From assembly GCF_009914755.1 (NCBI RefSeq), contig NC_060928.1: 64,000 nucleotides of DNA; one strand, 5' to 3'. This stretch comes from the human T2T-CHM13v2.0 reference genome, Homo sapiens. The position numbers and the translations under genes were made by a program. How positions within the stretch are numbered: position 1 is the first letter of the stretch; each line of letters opens with the position of its first letter. Under the pieces are notes generated by a model that did no database searches, was not told where the DNA came from, and saw only the letters and a program-made list of their open reading frames with translations. Of the stretch, positions 12,969-28,569 are shown one piece after another.

Positions 12969-15100
12969 GCCCCTCTCTGTGCTGTAACATAGGCTTCATA
13001 AGTGCAGGCCTGGCTGTCCTGTTCAAAGCCATGTCTTCAGAGCCTTACAGGGCACCTGGCACCTAGTGACTCTTTGTTGAATGAATGAACACGTTGATGA
13101 ATGAATGATCCCTGGATCTCTGGAGAGGGCTCCGGGCCTGGCCTGCTGGCTGGGGCCAGGCTTGTCCTGGGGCGACCAGCCAGCCACTTGCTCTGCAGAA
13201 ACAATGTGCTGAGTGCTTGGCCAGACCTTTTATCTCCCCTTTTCTCATCTCATCCTTCCCAATGAGCAGAGCAGAGGAGCCTCACTGTAGAGCTGGGGAC
13301 GGTGGGCTGCAGGGAGGGGCTGGAGCTGGACTTGCACCCTGTCTCCTTCCCTGCTCACTACGGCCTGGGGTCCGGCTGGAGCTCTTGCTGGGCCCAGGTG
13401 GTGCAGCCACACTTCCTCCTCCACCCGTGACCTTGAGTGTACAGCTGGGGTGTCTCCAGCCACGTGTCTCTGATGCCTGCCCCGGGGACTCGGGAGGGAC
13501 CAGCTCAACTCTGCCTCCAGCGCTTGACCTTTGTTCCTTTACTTGAAAAAAATCCAATAAAAAATATGAAATATGACCAGATCGACATGACCAGTGGTTC
13601 CTAATCCCAGATGTGAGAATTTGGATTTTTCTAATGAAGGGAGAGAGCAGATGACAGACTCGTAGGCACTGGCAGCTTGTCTGAGACTGGGAACGTTGGC
13701 CTACAGGTTCCCATGTTGGCAGAGAAGCCTGGCTGCTGGAGCTCTGGAGATGGAGGCGTCTGCTAATGGACTAAGTTTCCGGAGGCGTTGATTACGCACT
13801 TCACGCGGAAATAATTGCTAATCTTCAACAGTGCTAATTGAGTGATAATTCTGCCCTTTCAAGGTGATTTAACCTGTCAGAGGCCCAGGCTTTTAGGAAG
13901 ATTACGTGAGATAATACAAGCTCTACTGGGGGAAATGGAGAGAAGTCAAATACCTTTCTTGGTTGAGAGGAGAGATTTCATTTTGGTGTGATGCCTGCCA
14001 TACACTCACCCACTCGGGGCCTGGCTGGGGAATGAATGCTGGGGTGGGGGGAGGTTTCTCATTTCAATCCCTGAGGGCCTCGGGCCTTCTCCCCATCCTG
14101 CCTTGTGTTTGGCGTGGGTGGGGGCTTCTGTGCACACTCCAGTCTGAAAGCAGCAGATTCTGTCTGTCTAAACACGGTTCAAATGAAAAGGAGCAGAAGA
14201 CCATGGTTCCTTTGGTTTGAGGCCATTTGCAGGTGGGCCTCTGGGGTCTGCACCTCTGTGCATGCTTCCTCCTGAAAATATTTGTGTACCCCCCATTCCC
14301 AAGGAGAGGAGTGCGCTGGCTCAAGTTTCTAAGAGTGGCTGGAGAGAAAATAATACATCTGGTCTCATGGATGCGGAATCTGTTTTCACAGGAAAGGGCA
14401 CAGAGAATGAATTTTTCCTAACAGCAGTGTAATTTCAGAGCTGCTCAGAGTACATGCCCATAGTGTGGGTGAACAGGCCAGCTGGTTTCACCTGGTTAAG
14501 AAGAGGGGCCGTTGATGGCCATTTGCGGGGCACCTGCTGCATGCCAGGCACTTGCTTACATGATCACCGATTCTAACAGTAGCCTCCTAGGCTGCTGTCA
14601 GTGATCCCATTAACCTTATTTTATTGATGCAGGAATTGAGGCTCAGAGAGGTTAGCGTTAGTTCCCAAAGTCACACTCCTGAGAGGCTGGCATTCTTGTT
14701 ATGATGATGATAATTATTCCATTTCACAGAAGAAGAGATTGGGATGCCAGAGTACTGAGCTTGCCAGGCCCACGTGCCAGTGAGCTCCTGTAGCTGGATG
14801 CATTCCCGTCCCAGATGGTGACTCACAGTCTAACTTTCAACTCTTGAAGTATTGCGCCTTTGACCCACCATGCATGACTCGTGTCCTCTAAGTAGCGTTT
14901 CTATTTGTTAAGTCACAGATGCGGATCTCAATCTGACCATCTGCTGAGTGTGGGGATCAGCATGAAAATAGAGAAATTAATTTTCCTAAATACAGTTTTT
15001 GGAATGTGTTGAGATTTTCTTCATGAGCGATTTTGGGGGAATGTCCCATGGGCAATAGAAAAGATGGTTTATTTTGCTTTAAGTTATAGGTTACCACTAT

Positions 15101-15707
<607 letters not shown>

Positions 15708-16429
15708 CAAGTAATTTATTTTCAGGAAAAGGCATTCAGGAAATGTGCTCAGGGGAGCTGCTGTTTGTTTAATTGACTTTGTGTAAGCAGAAGCCATGGC
15801 GGGATCTAAAAATCCCTGGGCCGACTTCCTTGTCTGCACCCCGCATCCAGAGGCCCCGTGGAGGTTCCAACGATTCGCTCCCAAGATCCCGGCAGCTGGC
15901 AGCCAATGCATTCTGTCTTTGACCTTTGCCTGCTGCTGTTAGAGCATCATTCAGTGAGAGTGAATTTATTTTTCTACTGAATGTATTCCATTCCGTGGCT
16001 GTAGGCATTAATGTAGCTGGGATTAAAATCAGGTCAACAGGATTGAAAGTAAATAGCACTTTAACCTGAAGAATACATATGGGCCACTAAGAGGCAGCCC
16101 TTCAGATCTCAAGAGGGTGATCTCAAGCAACTGGCACTGCAGGAAGTGGCCCAGGGACAAGTGAGGAGGGCAGCCTGGGGCAAGGGAGGGTTTGCTGCTG
16201 CTCTTCACGGGGAAAGGAACCCAACAGTAATAATAATCACAGCAGAGTAGTAGAGGTCACAGTCGCTGTCATTCTGAGAGCTTGCCCGGTAGCAGCCATG
16301 CCCTAAAACAATTACATGCATTATTTTAATGAATCCTTATAGTATTTTATTGTTTTAACGAAGGCCCCTGAGGCAGATAATTATCTTTGTAATGTTGCCA
16401 ACGTTGATTGAATATTAAGCATCATTGAT

Positions 16430-16610
16430 CCGCCTACTCTGTGCCCCACAGAATACCGGGCAGGTTTTCTTTCTGCATTCACTTATACAGTCTTCGGAAT
16501 CATATCATGTTATTGTCGAAGAGGCATTCTTTCCATTTTGCAGATAAAGAAACTGAGACTCAGAGAGGTGAGGTGACATGCCCCAAATTTCACAGCAGGA
16601 CGGTGGCAGG
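16430..16610 (-). mobile_element. MIR SINE
   Basis: 'ccattttgcagataaagaaactgagactcagagaggtgaggtgacatgcccc'. Confidence 0.7.
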
Positions 16611-16843
16611 GAAGGGGTCCCAACCCTGCCTGACACGAAACACTGCTGTTCCTTCTGGGAGGTCCTTTGCCACACCCCAGCAGGTCCTACCTCCCATGAC
16701 CGGAGCTTAGGCCCCTGTGAGCCATTCCATCCTGGGATGGCTCTCCCTGAGGCTGTGGCTCTTGCTGCTGCCCCTCTGAGTCCCAGTCCAGGCTCTGTGG
16801 CATCCTGCACTGTGCTGCTTCCCTAAATACCCTCCCAGTCCCT

Positions 16844-16845
<2 letters not shown>

Positions 16846-16876
<31 letters not shown>

Positions 16877-17155
16877 AGACAGGGTCTCACTCTGTCTCCC
16901 AGGCTGGAGTGCAGTGGTATGATTATGGCTCACTGTTGCTTCGACCTCCCAGGCTCAAGCGATCGATCCTTCCACCTCAGCCTCCCGAGTAGCTGGGACT
17001 ATAGGCACACACCACCACACTTGGCTAATTTTTGTATTTTTTTTATAGAGACGGGGTTTCACCATGTTGCCAAGGCTGGTCTCGAACTCCTGAGCTCAAG
17101 CGATGCTCCTGCCTCTGCCTCCTAAAGTGCTGGGATTACAGCCACTGCCCGGCCC
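16846..17155 (-). mobile_element. AluJ, full length, with long poly(T)
   Basis: TSD cccagtcccttctt at 16834-16847 and 17157-17170. Confidence 0.95.
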
Positions 17156-18949
17156 GCCCAGTCCCTTCTTCATGCATCTTTTTACTCCTCTTTGGAGGCA
17201 GGAGCACAAGTCTTGGCCATGCTGGGTTCGCCCCTGCCTCCTCCCCTGTGGCTCTTGCATCAGGCTTCTCCATCCCCTTGCAACTGGAAGCTCCCTGGAG
17301 CTTCTGTGACAGCTATGCAGCTTTGAGGAACCTGTTCTGTTCCTTAGCGTTTTTGTCAAGCTCTGCCCGGCAGCCTCCTCCTCCACCACTTCCCTGTCTT
17401 CCTCACATAGGCCCTGTCAGTAGCTTCGTTATTTAGTGAACAAAATACATAATTTGGAGGTAACTTCGTTATGCCTAATTGTGCCACATAGATGCCAAGT
17501 GGATTTTTCAATGATGATTGTGTATGAGACTCCTCGTGGAAATATTGTCAAGGCAATGGCTTTGAAAATGAGCCTGTGTCCCTGACGCTGCTTCCCCCAT
17601 TAATGTCACCCCTTGACAAGAAGGAGAGGGGCAAGGCAGCGAGATCTGATTTGGTGACAGCGCACTCCTTGGGAAGTGAACGCCTACAGCTGTTGCCCAA
17701 ATTAGCAGCTCCTCCTTGGGAGCACGACTTGGCAGCCCTGGCCTCAGTGCAGCCGGGAGAGAGAGGATCTGGGCTTCTCACGCTGGGCCGCCTGACATGG
17801 GCTGGACACCATAATAGCAGCTGCAGGCCCCCTGCCTCTGTTATCATAATCCCTGGGAGTCAGTGATGGTGAATAACACTCTGTTATAATGGGAAAAAAG
17901 AGAGTCTGCTTGCCTGACTCCAACAGTCCAGCAGGAGACACGCCCACAGTGAGAGAAGGGGTGTGGGGGCCCGGGGAAGGGCTGGGGACCCCACTGCAGG
18001 CAGCTGTAAGGCTTTTATTAAACTGACCTTCACACAGTGGCTAAGAAAAAAAAAAACACAACGAACGCAGGTGGAATGCTAATGCCGGGCAAGGCTAAAG
18101 CAGCCTCCAGGGTCTCCAGGTGCTCAGAGAAGCTTCTGAGTGTGGCCCCGGACAGGCACAGAGCACAGTGAGAAGCGGTGGGGGGGAGGACGCGGGGAGG
18201 GCGGTGGGGTAGTCCTACCCCAGGAGGGGGCATGCTCACTTCTCTTGGTTTTATGACAGTCTATTCTCATGTTTGAGAGGTGGAGTAAAGTGGTGGGGAC
18301 AAAGGACAGCAAACTTGGGTCCAGGAAGCGTGGATTTGTCCTTGCCTCTGGGATGGGCTCTGTGATCTTGGTCCAGAGAGACAGAGCATGGAAGGGCCTA
18401 GGGAACAGCCTGTGCAAAGGCAGGGGGCTGTGAGAGAACAAGATGGCAAGATGGGATTTGAGGTGGGACAAACTTGTATTCCAAATATCCATAGCCGCCA
18501 GTCATCCTCTGAATGCCTAAGCCAGGTGACATAAGGATCCCTGGTGTTTTCATAGACGAGCTTCAAGGCTTGCTAAGAAGTGGGCATCCCTACATACTAG
18601 AGTCCTTCCACGCCGCATCCTACCTCACCCTCATACCTCTTCCAGGCAGATAATTTTATCTACCTAGTGGAGAATCTCAGGCCCTGATCTCAAGCCCTGG
18701 AAAAGTTGTTGCCAGCATTTTCTGCTGTATTTGGTTTTTCAAGACGAATCCATTGCTAGGCACTCACTGAGCTGGTAGTATGTGCTCAACACCCATCTGG
18801 CCATTGGACCAGTGCCCAGGCTACTGGACAAATGTGTTGGTGCTGAAGGCCTAGACCCCAGGAAGAGGGCTCTGCCCCTGGAAAGCTGCGGTTCCAGGGG
18901 GAACCTGACCAGGGAGGCTGACTTTGCCTGTGGCAGGGTGAGGGCAGTG

Positions 18950-20123
18950 CTACCATGACTGCCATCACCATCTCCACCATCACTACCACCATCATTACCA
19001 CCAGCACTATCACCATCATCACCACTAACATCACCACCTCCACCGTCATTACTACCAGGACTATTACCATCATGCCATCACCATCATTACCACCAACACC
19101 ACCATCATTACTACCATCATCATTATCACCATCATCACCACCACCATCACCAACCACCTCTACCATCATTCCTACCAGCACTATTACTATCATCATCACC
19201 ACCACCATCATTACTGCAATCATCACCATCATTACCACCACTGCCATCCTACTGCTATCATCATCACCATCACCATAACCATCATTAACATCATCACCAC
19301 CACCACCATCACTACCGTCATACATCATCATCATCATCACCATCACCGCTACCATCACCATCATAACCATCACCGTCACCATAACCATCACCATCAACAC
19401 TGCCACCACCACTACCACCATTACTACCCTCATCACCACCTTCACCGTCACCACCACCACCACCACCATTACTACCATCATCACCACCATCACCATCATC
19501 ACCATCATTACTACCATTACCATGATCATTATCATCATTACCACCACTACCTTCACTGCCATCATTACTACCATCACCATCAATACTATCACCACCACCA
19601 CCATCATTACTATCACCACTATCACCACCGTCATTGCTACCAACACCATCACTGTCACCATAACTGTGCATCACCATTATCATCACCATCACCACCATTG
19701 TGGTGTATCACCATTACCATCACCGTCACCATAACCATGCCTCACCATCATCATCACCATCACCACCATTGTGGTGTATCACCATTACCATCACCGTCAC
19801 CATAACCATGCCTCACCATCATCATCACCATCACCACCATTGTGGTGTATCACCATTACCATCACCGTCACCATAACCATGCCTCACCATCATCATCACC
19901 ATCACCACCATTGTGGTGTATCACCATTACCATCACCGTCACCATAACCATGCCTCACCATCATCATCACCATCACCACCATTGTGGTGTATCACCATTA
20001 CCATCACCGTCACCATAACCATGCCTCACCATCATCATCACCATCACCACCATTGTTACTACCATCATCATTGTCACCATCACCACCACCACCACCACAT
20101 CATCATCATCATTATTGTCATCA
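18950..20123 (+). repeat. (CAC/CAT)n low-complexity trinucleotide tract
   Basis: About 1.17 kb of caccat/catcac/tac triplets; the source of the spurious poly-T/H/M/V ORFs. Confidence 0.95.
19700..20054 (+). repeat. 71-bp minisatellite, 5 identical copies
   Basis: Unit starts 'gtggtgtatcaccattacc' at 19700, 19771, 19842, 19913 and 19984. Confidence 0.95.
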
Positions 20124-22489
20124 TCTGTACAATTTGTGAAGCCATATGCACAGGCTGGGGATTAGAATCCAGGTCCAGCCCAGGTCTTGTTGGCAGTAGG
20201 TACCCAACCCACCCTGGATAGTCTGAAGTGAACTGAATCCACTCTCAGGCAGCTTTCTTTCCAAGTGGGGAGGTTCTGAGTTGTCTTTGGACAGGGAAAT
20301 GCACCTGTCTTTTCGGTGACATCTTGCTCTTGTTTCTCTCAATGTGATAGAAAGCAATGTGACTGACATTTTCTCTCTGGGCTGGATCCAGAGTTCTTGC
20401 AAATATGACTTGTCAGCAAGGCTGCTATGGGGGTGGCAGTGGGCAGCTGTGGGCTTCGGGGGCTTCAATGGGGTGTACTCCTGAAGGAGGCCTGTTTCTG
20501 GGCAGTCTCCTCCTTCCTTGGGGCAATGCTCATGGGTCAGGATGAGGTAAAGGGTCTTGAGGGTGGCACTGTCTCCCTTTGAGAATGATTTTTGTTCATT
20601 TCCCTCCACAAAACAGAATGCAAGTCAGGGAGCAAGCTAACATTGGCTTGAGCACTTGGCAGGTGCTAGGAGCTGTTGTGAGGACCTCATGTCACATGAA
20701 GTCCAAAGCTATGGGTGTTATCTCCATGTCACAGAAGAGAAAACTTCAGTTCCCAGAGCCCAGTAGTAACCTTGCCTGACATCACAGAGTGCACGGATGA
20801 CAGAGCCTGTGTTCAAAAAGCATTCATAACGGGGGCACTTGAGCTCTTGCATGTGGCTCAAGGAGCTAGCCTACCGGGGTTCAGGACCTGGCTCTGCCAC
20901 ATCCCAGCTGGGAGCTTCATAACCCTTTGTGTCTCCAGGATCTCATCTGTGGAGTGTAGGTAAGGCTGGCCCCTGCCTCATAGAGTTGCTGTCAGGCCCA
21001 AATGAGTGGATTCATGTCCAGCGCTGAGCACTGTGGCCAGCCCATCACAAGGGTTCTTAGCGTTAGCTATGATTTGTATTGTTAGAGAGCTGAGTGGGTC
21101 CAGGCAGTTGGGGCTTTGCCAGCTGTGCTACCAGCAGTGAGAGGCCACGGAGGTGAGCTGATAGGACTGGTATTTTGAAAACATGGCCCTGGCTGCAGCA
21201 TGGAGGATGGAGGAAGGAGAGGTGGCTGGATTGCTGTCAGCAGAGCTGGAGGGCAGTGCAGGGTGTGTGGGGAGTTCAGGAGGGCGCAAGGTTTGGGGGT
21301 CACTTAGGCATGCATGTGGGTGGGGAAGGGGTGTGTGGCGAGGAGGACCCCTAGGATTTTGTTTGGGGCACCAGGAGGGTTGGGGTGCAGGCTGAGATGG
21401 GGAGCTGGGACAAGAGCCTGGTCTGGGGTGTCCACCAGAGCTGTCGAGAGTTCAGTTTTGTATGTGGGGGTTGTTGCTTTCAAATGTTTTTACAATCCAG
21501 AACAATTTTTCAAGAAAGGATCATCAGACAGCACGCTGATGTGTAAAACAGAGACACGTGGGGTCCCTGCCATCAGTGTGGAATAAGAGACACCGCCCGC
21601 CTGCCCGCCCAACAGCTGCTGACACTCAGGGTTGGTGCAGACAATGGGCACCCCGGCGTGCAGGCTTTGTGCCTGTCGAACCTGGCACACCTGCAATTTA
21701 TGGTCACTCTTTTTGCCAGGGCTGCGCTAATGATAATAAACAACACGTGTGTCATTTTGCTGAGCCTCCTTGAGAGAGCGAGCCAGGCACCTTCTTTGCA
21801 AAGTGTCAGATAAACTCACAGCCACCGCCATCTGTCTTACTTGGCAGGGACCAAGGGTGTCATTGCCAGGACTGGGCTGTCCCTGCCCCCTGTGAAAACA
21901 AAACAGCACCCAGCAAAACGAGCCCGGGAAGACAGTCAGTATGGGGAGTCCTTGCCAGCTGCAACAAGCGGGATCTCTGTCCCCTGTTTTTATTTGTCAC
22001 AGTGACATCCGTCAGCGCAGGCACCTCAGTTCTGTGCCAGAGGCAAATGCAGGAGGAGTGCCGGGGGGTGGGGGGTGGTGGCACAGGCTCCCCGCACATC
22101 CCTGCCACCCTCCTCCTCCTTGGCAGGCCTCGTCATCTCGAAGGTGAGGAAGGAGAGGCTGGGATCCTTCCTTCCTCCCTCTCTTCCCTTTCCTCCCTTC
22201 CGTCCTTCCCTTCCTCTCTCTCTCTCAGTCCTGCCCCTGCCCTCTTTTTTAAACCTGTGTGGACAGTAGTGGCTCCACCTGGCCTTGCGGTGAGTGCGTG
22301 GTGGCTGGAGCTGCAGCAGGGTCGAGTTCCCTGCTCCCGGGCAGCCTGCGGGGGGATCCTGCTCCCCTGGCTCAGCACAGGAGGCGTTTCCATCCCATAG
22401 GTCAGTCCTCACGGTGGATGCCCCCTTTAGCGTGCCCCTCCCCTCTCTCCCCCAACACTCCTCCAGGCTTCCCCTCCTCCCTCCCTTCC

Positions 22490-22842
22490 CTTCCCTCCAG
22501 CCTCACCCCCTCCTCCATCCTCATCAGCCTTGCTAGTTTCTGTCTTTGCACTGGCAGTTCCATCTGCCTGGAACCTCCTCCTCCAGCCTCCCATGCAGCT
22601 GCTCCAAGGTCTCAGCTCCTTGTCACCACTTCTGGGAGACCTTCCATGTCCCCTGCCCCGGCACCTCCATGATGTTTGTCACCATCAGATGGCCTGTGTG
22701 CTCACCACATGTGTTTCATGTCTACCCCCCCAACCCCCAACAGCTTCACAGGGCCAGGGACCTGCCCACTTCCTCCTCAAGTGTGTCCCTGGCTCACAGC
22801 TAGGTGCATGGCAGGTTCTCAGGAAGTCCTTGTTGAATGAAG
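22490..22842 (+). mobile_element. L2 3' portion
   Basis: 'ctttgcactggcagttccatctgcctggaac' ... 'caggttctcaggaagtccttgttgaatgaa'. Confidence 0.65.
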
Positions 22843-23299
22843 GCATTCCTTTGCTCCTTTGTTCATTTATTCTGTCAGGTGTACTGAGTGCCTACGCCTG
22901 AGAGGCCAGGTCGGAAGGACTTAAATTCAGAGGAGCAATCTTATCAGATGGATATAGGCTAGTGCAGTGAGCTTCCCAAGCCGGCTGCCCCAGAGGAAGA
23001 CACCAAGCAGTGGTGGATGTTAAAATAGCCTCTGGGTCTCCTCGGAGTACAAGATCCCCAAAGGGGAGCCCCGTGATGTGGCCCCAGCAATGACATTATC
23101 ACCTTGGCTGCATTAACAGAAGTATAGGGTCTGTGGCAAGGGAGGTGGTAGTCTCGTACTTGGCAATGACTTGGCCATCCTTGGAACACCGTTCAGGTGA
23201 GGTCACACTACTTCACAAGCAGCAGCAACAAACTTGAGTGTGTCCAGAGAATGGTGACCTGGCAAATTCACGTCAAACAGAGTGGGGAAGCACAGGCCA

Positions 23300-23505
23300 T
23301 TTGGACCCTCACAGCCTGGGCTTGAGTTTCTCCTCTGCCATTTGCTAGCTGTGTGACCGTGGGTAAGTCATGTAATGTCTCTGAGTCTGCAGTTCCTCCT
23401 CTGTAAAGTGGGAATGTGAGCCTGTCGGTGCTGCAGGGTGGTTGTGGGAGCATTAAACAGATGACCTCAGTCAAGGCGGTTCACACAGCAACGGCGCCCG
23501 GGATG
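23300..23505 (+). mobile_element. MIR SINE
   Basis: 'ctagctgtgtgaccgtgggtaagtca...ctctgagtctgcagttcctcctctgtaaagtggg'. Confidence 0.75.
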
Positions 23506-24133
23506 CAAGAGCTAGAGCTATGGTTGCCAGGGTGCCGGCTCTTCTCGCTCAGGGCTGGGCTGTTCAGGCTGAGCTCTGCATCAGTAGGATTTGCCCCTAT
23601 GGGGAAGCCCCTGCCAGGCCTGACGCTTGCATACTCAGGAGCCCGTGTTGGCTCCGACTCTCCCTAGGAAATTGCTTATTATGGGTCTGTGAAAGCGTGC
23701 ATTGAATTCACGCAGTTTATTTTTAAATAAACTCGGGGAAGTGGGCAAACAAAAAGAGACAACTTAAAAGGAATGTTCTCCGAGTGTAAAGAAGACTTTG
23801 GCAGAGGCCCAAAATCTGACCCCAAATCCCAGCTCAGGAGCACAGGCGGAGACAGCCCCCAGCCCTCCTGCCACCCGGGCCAGTCCAGTGCTGTGTGTCA
23901 GCCTGGGGTTTCAGCTCTCCCTCTGAGTGCTTGGGCTTCCCATGCACCTAAGTCCTCAGCGCTGGGCTTCATGGAGACTTAGGGGATTGGAGCACTGTTT
24001 AAATACCATAAGCTCCTTTTTTTACAGAGGACTTACCACCCTCACTCCACCCACCCCTGTTCACGTGTGGTGGTGAGGCGGGTGGTGGTGCTGGGTTGAT
24101 GAATGTGCCGGAATCCTGTTCCAAAACCGGGTG

Positions 24134-24518
24134 GCCATGAAGAGTGGACACAGATGAAGGGGAACCGCCCTGGTGTGCTCTAAAGTGAGCCAGACTCTCC
24201 AGGGAGGCTGGAGCTGGCATCAGCAATCCATAGCAGTGAATTCCTAGGCAGTGAAAAAAGCAATGTGGCCAAAAGCATGTTAACTAATAAAGCCGGAGAG
24301 AAGGGCTGCCAAGTGGCATTGGTGAAAACCTCTCAAGCCCACCCTCCCACGGGCCTGGTCACTGCCCAGGTGCACATCTTCCACCTTGACTGCCCGGACC
24401 TGCTGCCTGCCGGGAGTCCTGGCCTTCAGGGTCACGCCTGCCAATCCACTGGGTCCCCCCAGCAGCCAGCGCACCCCATCACCATGCTGGGTGCCAGGAG
24501 CTGCAGGCCCAGCCACGC
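24134..24518 (-). repeat. Copy B of the ~380-bp inverted duplication (partner 6780-7157)
   Basis: Reverse complement matches copy A. The ORF track shows the same peptides on opposite strands (MLMPAPASLESLAHF..., LLGGPSGLAG.TLKARTPGR.QV). Confidence 0.95.
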
Positions 24519-24703
24519 CTCTCTTTAGGGGCTGGTCCTGGTCACAACCCCAGGTGTAACTCCTAGAGAGGCCTGCCCCCATGGAGGGGACCACCTCCCT
24601 GGTTCATGGGAGGGGCCAAGACATGTTCCCTGAGTGGCTCAGTCCCTGGAAGCAGTTTTAAGTTTGAAGTTGGCCAAGAGGATCATGAAAACGAATGCAT
24701 AAG

Positions 24704-25370
<667 letters not shown>

Positions 25371-28040
25371 ATAAGTAAGTGCCCACTATGAGCTGGTCTC
25401 TCCTAAGTACATATCAATTCCCTGCAGCAGCCCCATTGCATGGATGAGGAAACTGAGGCACAGAGCCGTATTTGCTAAGCCACACAGGCTCCAGAGGCTT
25501 GACTTGGGGGCGTGTCTACCCCGGAGACCCTGTTTGGAATTTCTGAGATAGAGAGTTCAGTTTGGAGTGCTCAGTCTGGGAAGCTGACACAGCAGGACTC
25601 GGGGAGTGGCCTGGCCCCAGCTTTGCTGAGTGCTCTCCCAGTGCATTAGTCCTGGAGGTCCTGGCCAGCCCCTCGCACGTGCCTCTGGTCGGCTTTGCAG
25701 GTTCTCCCTCCCCGTGGAGCAGATCCACCCGTGGATTTCGTCAGCGCATCTTCAGCCTCCCCACCATGGGCACGTGGCAGGGCAGCCTCCCTACCCCGAT
25801 GCTCACACACATCAGCTCTCACCCACTTCCGGAGCTTTCGCACACAGTGTCTTCTCCAGCTCCCCCTCCCCATGTTCCTGCCCCCTTCCCTTCTGGAAGG
25901 CAGGAAATAGGAGCTGTGTGACCTTGGGTAGGTTATTCTCCCTCTCTGAGCCTCAGTTTCCTCCTCGATAAAATAGAGATAAGAAGAAGCAGCCACGTGA
26001 GTGCTGGGATCATGTAGGAATGGCCTCAGTGCCCCCCCAGCTTAGCTGTTTGCGGCTCTGCTCCTGGGTGGGGTGTGTGCAGGGGACCCAGGAGAGGCCC
26101 TTTTTTTTGCTCAATCCCTGGGCTCTTCCTGGGGGAGACTGTGCCCAGAGAGGGCATAACCACCAGGCTGGGCAAGGCGCTTGGGCTCCCTGACCTCCAG
26201 CCCAGGCTCTGCTCACAGCACCAAAAGGGCTGAGAGCTGCTCAGGACTTTCCTTCTGTTTGGTTGTCTGAGCCCAGACGGGGGCAGAGGCAGAGGAGATC
26301 TGGGCCCCTGGGCTACCTGCTCTGAGCGTGCGGCTCGGCTCTGCAGAGAAGCAGGAACAGGAGGAGAAGTTTGTATTCAGAGGACAGCCTGGTCCATCTG
26401 GGATCGTCATCATTATAGTTCTTCATAATTAGTTGCAGCAAAGCTGAGTAGAGAATTAACAACTCAACTAAGACTTTATTTAAAAATAAGGTCCTTGGCA
26501 GCTTGGCTGACTAATATTTTATTGAAAAATTACACATCAACACGCTCAATGATCTTCCAAAGAGAAATAACGTTGCCCATCATCCTTGTGGGGCTCTTCC
26601 CCTGGCGCGGCCCCTGCCTGCCGGTGGCGGGGTGCTATCCCGAGCTGGTGTCCCCACGAGGCTCCACAGCCCTGACAATGCCCTCCTGTGCCTTGATCCT
26701 GTGTGACATTTCTCTGGGTGGAGGGACTGGGCCCCCTTTACTGTTCCTCTCTGGCTGGTCCCTGCCTTTGCACACAGGGGCCTGTGGCTTCCATGCTTAC
26801 CGGCTTTTGCTTTGCTCTCTTATCCCCAGCTGCCTGCCTAGCACGTCCCCTCAATCCCCTAGGCAGCTGCTGCTGATTCTTGAAGACTTGCCTGTGGGGT
26901 CCCCCTGTCTAGGAGCCTGCCCTGGACCCCAGTCTAATGTGGGTCCCTGCTGGGCCCCACAGCACGGGGTACGATCTTGCCTTTCTCCCCGGCTCTCAGG
27001 GCCCCTGGATGGCAGAGCTGAGGTCTCTTCAGTGCCACATTGGGAGCAGGTCTCTGTAGAGTGAAGGGAGCACTTCACATGGAGAGTTGGGGCACAGGAT
27101 GTTTGTCCAGAGGTGGAAACGTGGGTGCAGGTGTCCCCCTCAACCTGCTGCATTCCTGCGAAGGTCTATGGGGATCGTGCCCACGTGTGTACCCGCTGCA
27201 GGTCTGAGAGCATCGGGCCCGTCCCGCAGCTGCCTGCGCCCTGTGTGGTGGTGGATCGGCCTCTGCTTCTAACCTGGAGCACATCTGAAGTGACGCTGCC
27301 GGGCCCTTCTTGAGAACCTTGCCGCACTCCCCTGGTTTCCATGGCGATGTCCGTTTCCCATTCTGAATGCTCTTCAGAGGGATTATAAATTCATTATTTC
27401 ATACTTAGGCCTCACGCTCCGCCTTGCTCTGCTTCCACATTTCGTTGTGTTGGTAGGACATTCTTCATTTATTATCTGATACAGAAAAAAATGAATGAGT
27501 CAGAGCCTAGGTTGTTTCTTTTTCCCGGAGCCCAAGGATTGCTGTGTCCACAGAGGAGCCAGCACACTGTGACATGCCGGCATCGTGATCTGGAATTCCC
27601 TGTGGTACACGTGGGTTCTGGAGCTGTAGGTTTTAATTACTTGTGGATGAACTGAGCTGCCGCATAGCCACCTACACACTGACCCCGGGAGCCACGTGGA
27701 GGCGGGTGTGTGTCGGGAGCTGAGCTTTGGTGTCAGCTCGCTGTGGGTCCCTCAGTAGCTGCACGCCCAGGCCTCTGACGGAGGCGCTGTGTTGGATTTC
27801 ACTTCGAGCCTCGGTTTCCACCAGCTGTGATGGCCACAGCTGAGATAAAGAGGACGCCTGCATGCTGGTGGCCTCTAGAAGGGCTGTGTTGGCTCTGGCA
27901 GGAAGCTCGTGGGGCCGGTGGGGGAGTGAGGGAAGATGCCTATCCTGGCAGCTGGGCAGAGTGGAGAGGAAAGGACGAGAGCAGTATGGGCGACTTGTGT
28001 GGACAGGGTCAACAAGTGGGTCTTGGGATATTCAGTCTAG

Positions 28041-28569
<529 letters not shown>

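Noticed and set aside
17460-17475. loxP-like half-site 'taacttcgttatgc'
   Set aside because: Only a partial match to one arm with no inverted partner; chance.
18786-19734. Long ORFs rich in M/V/T/H (up to 291 aa)
   Set aside because: Translations of the CAC/CAT low-complexity tract, with no splice or promoter context.
19700-20054. CRISPR-like regular array
   Set aside because: Head-to-tail identical units with no unique spacers, eukaryotic context and no cas genes.
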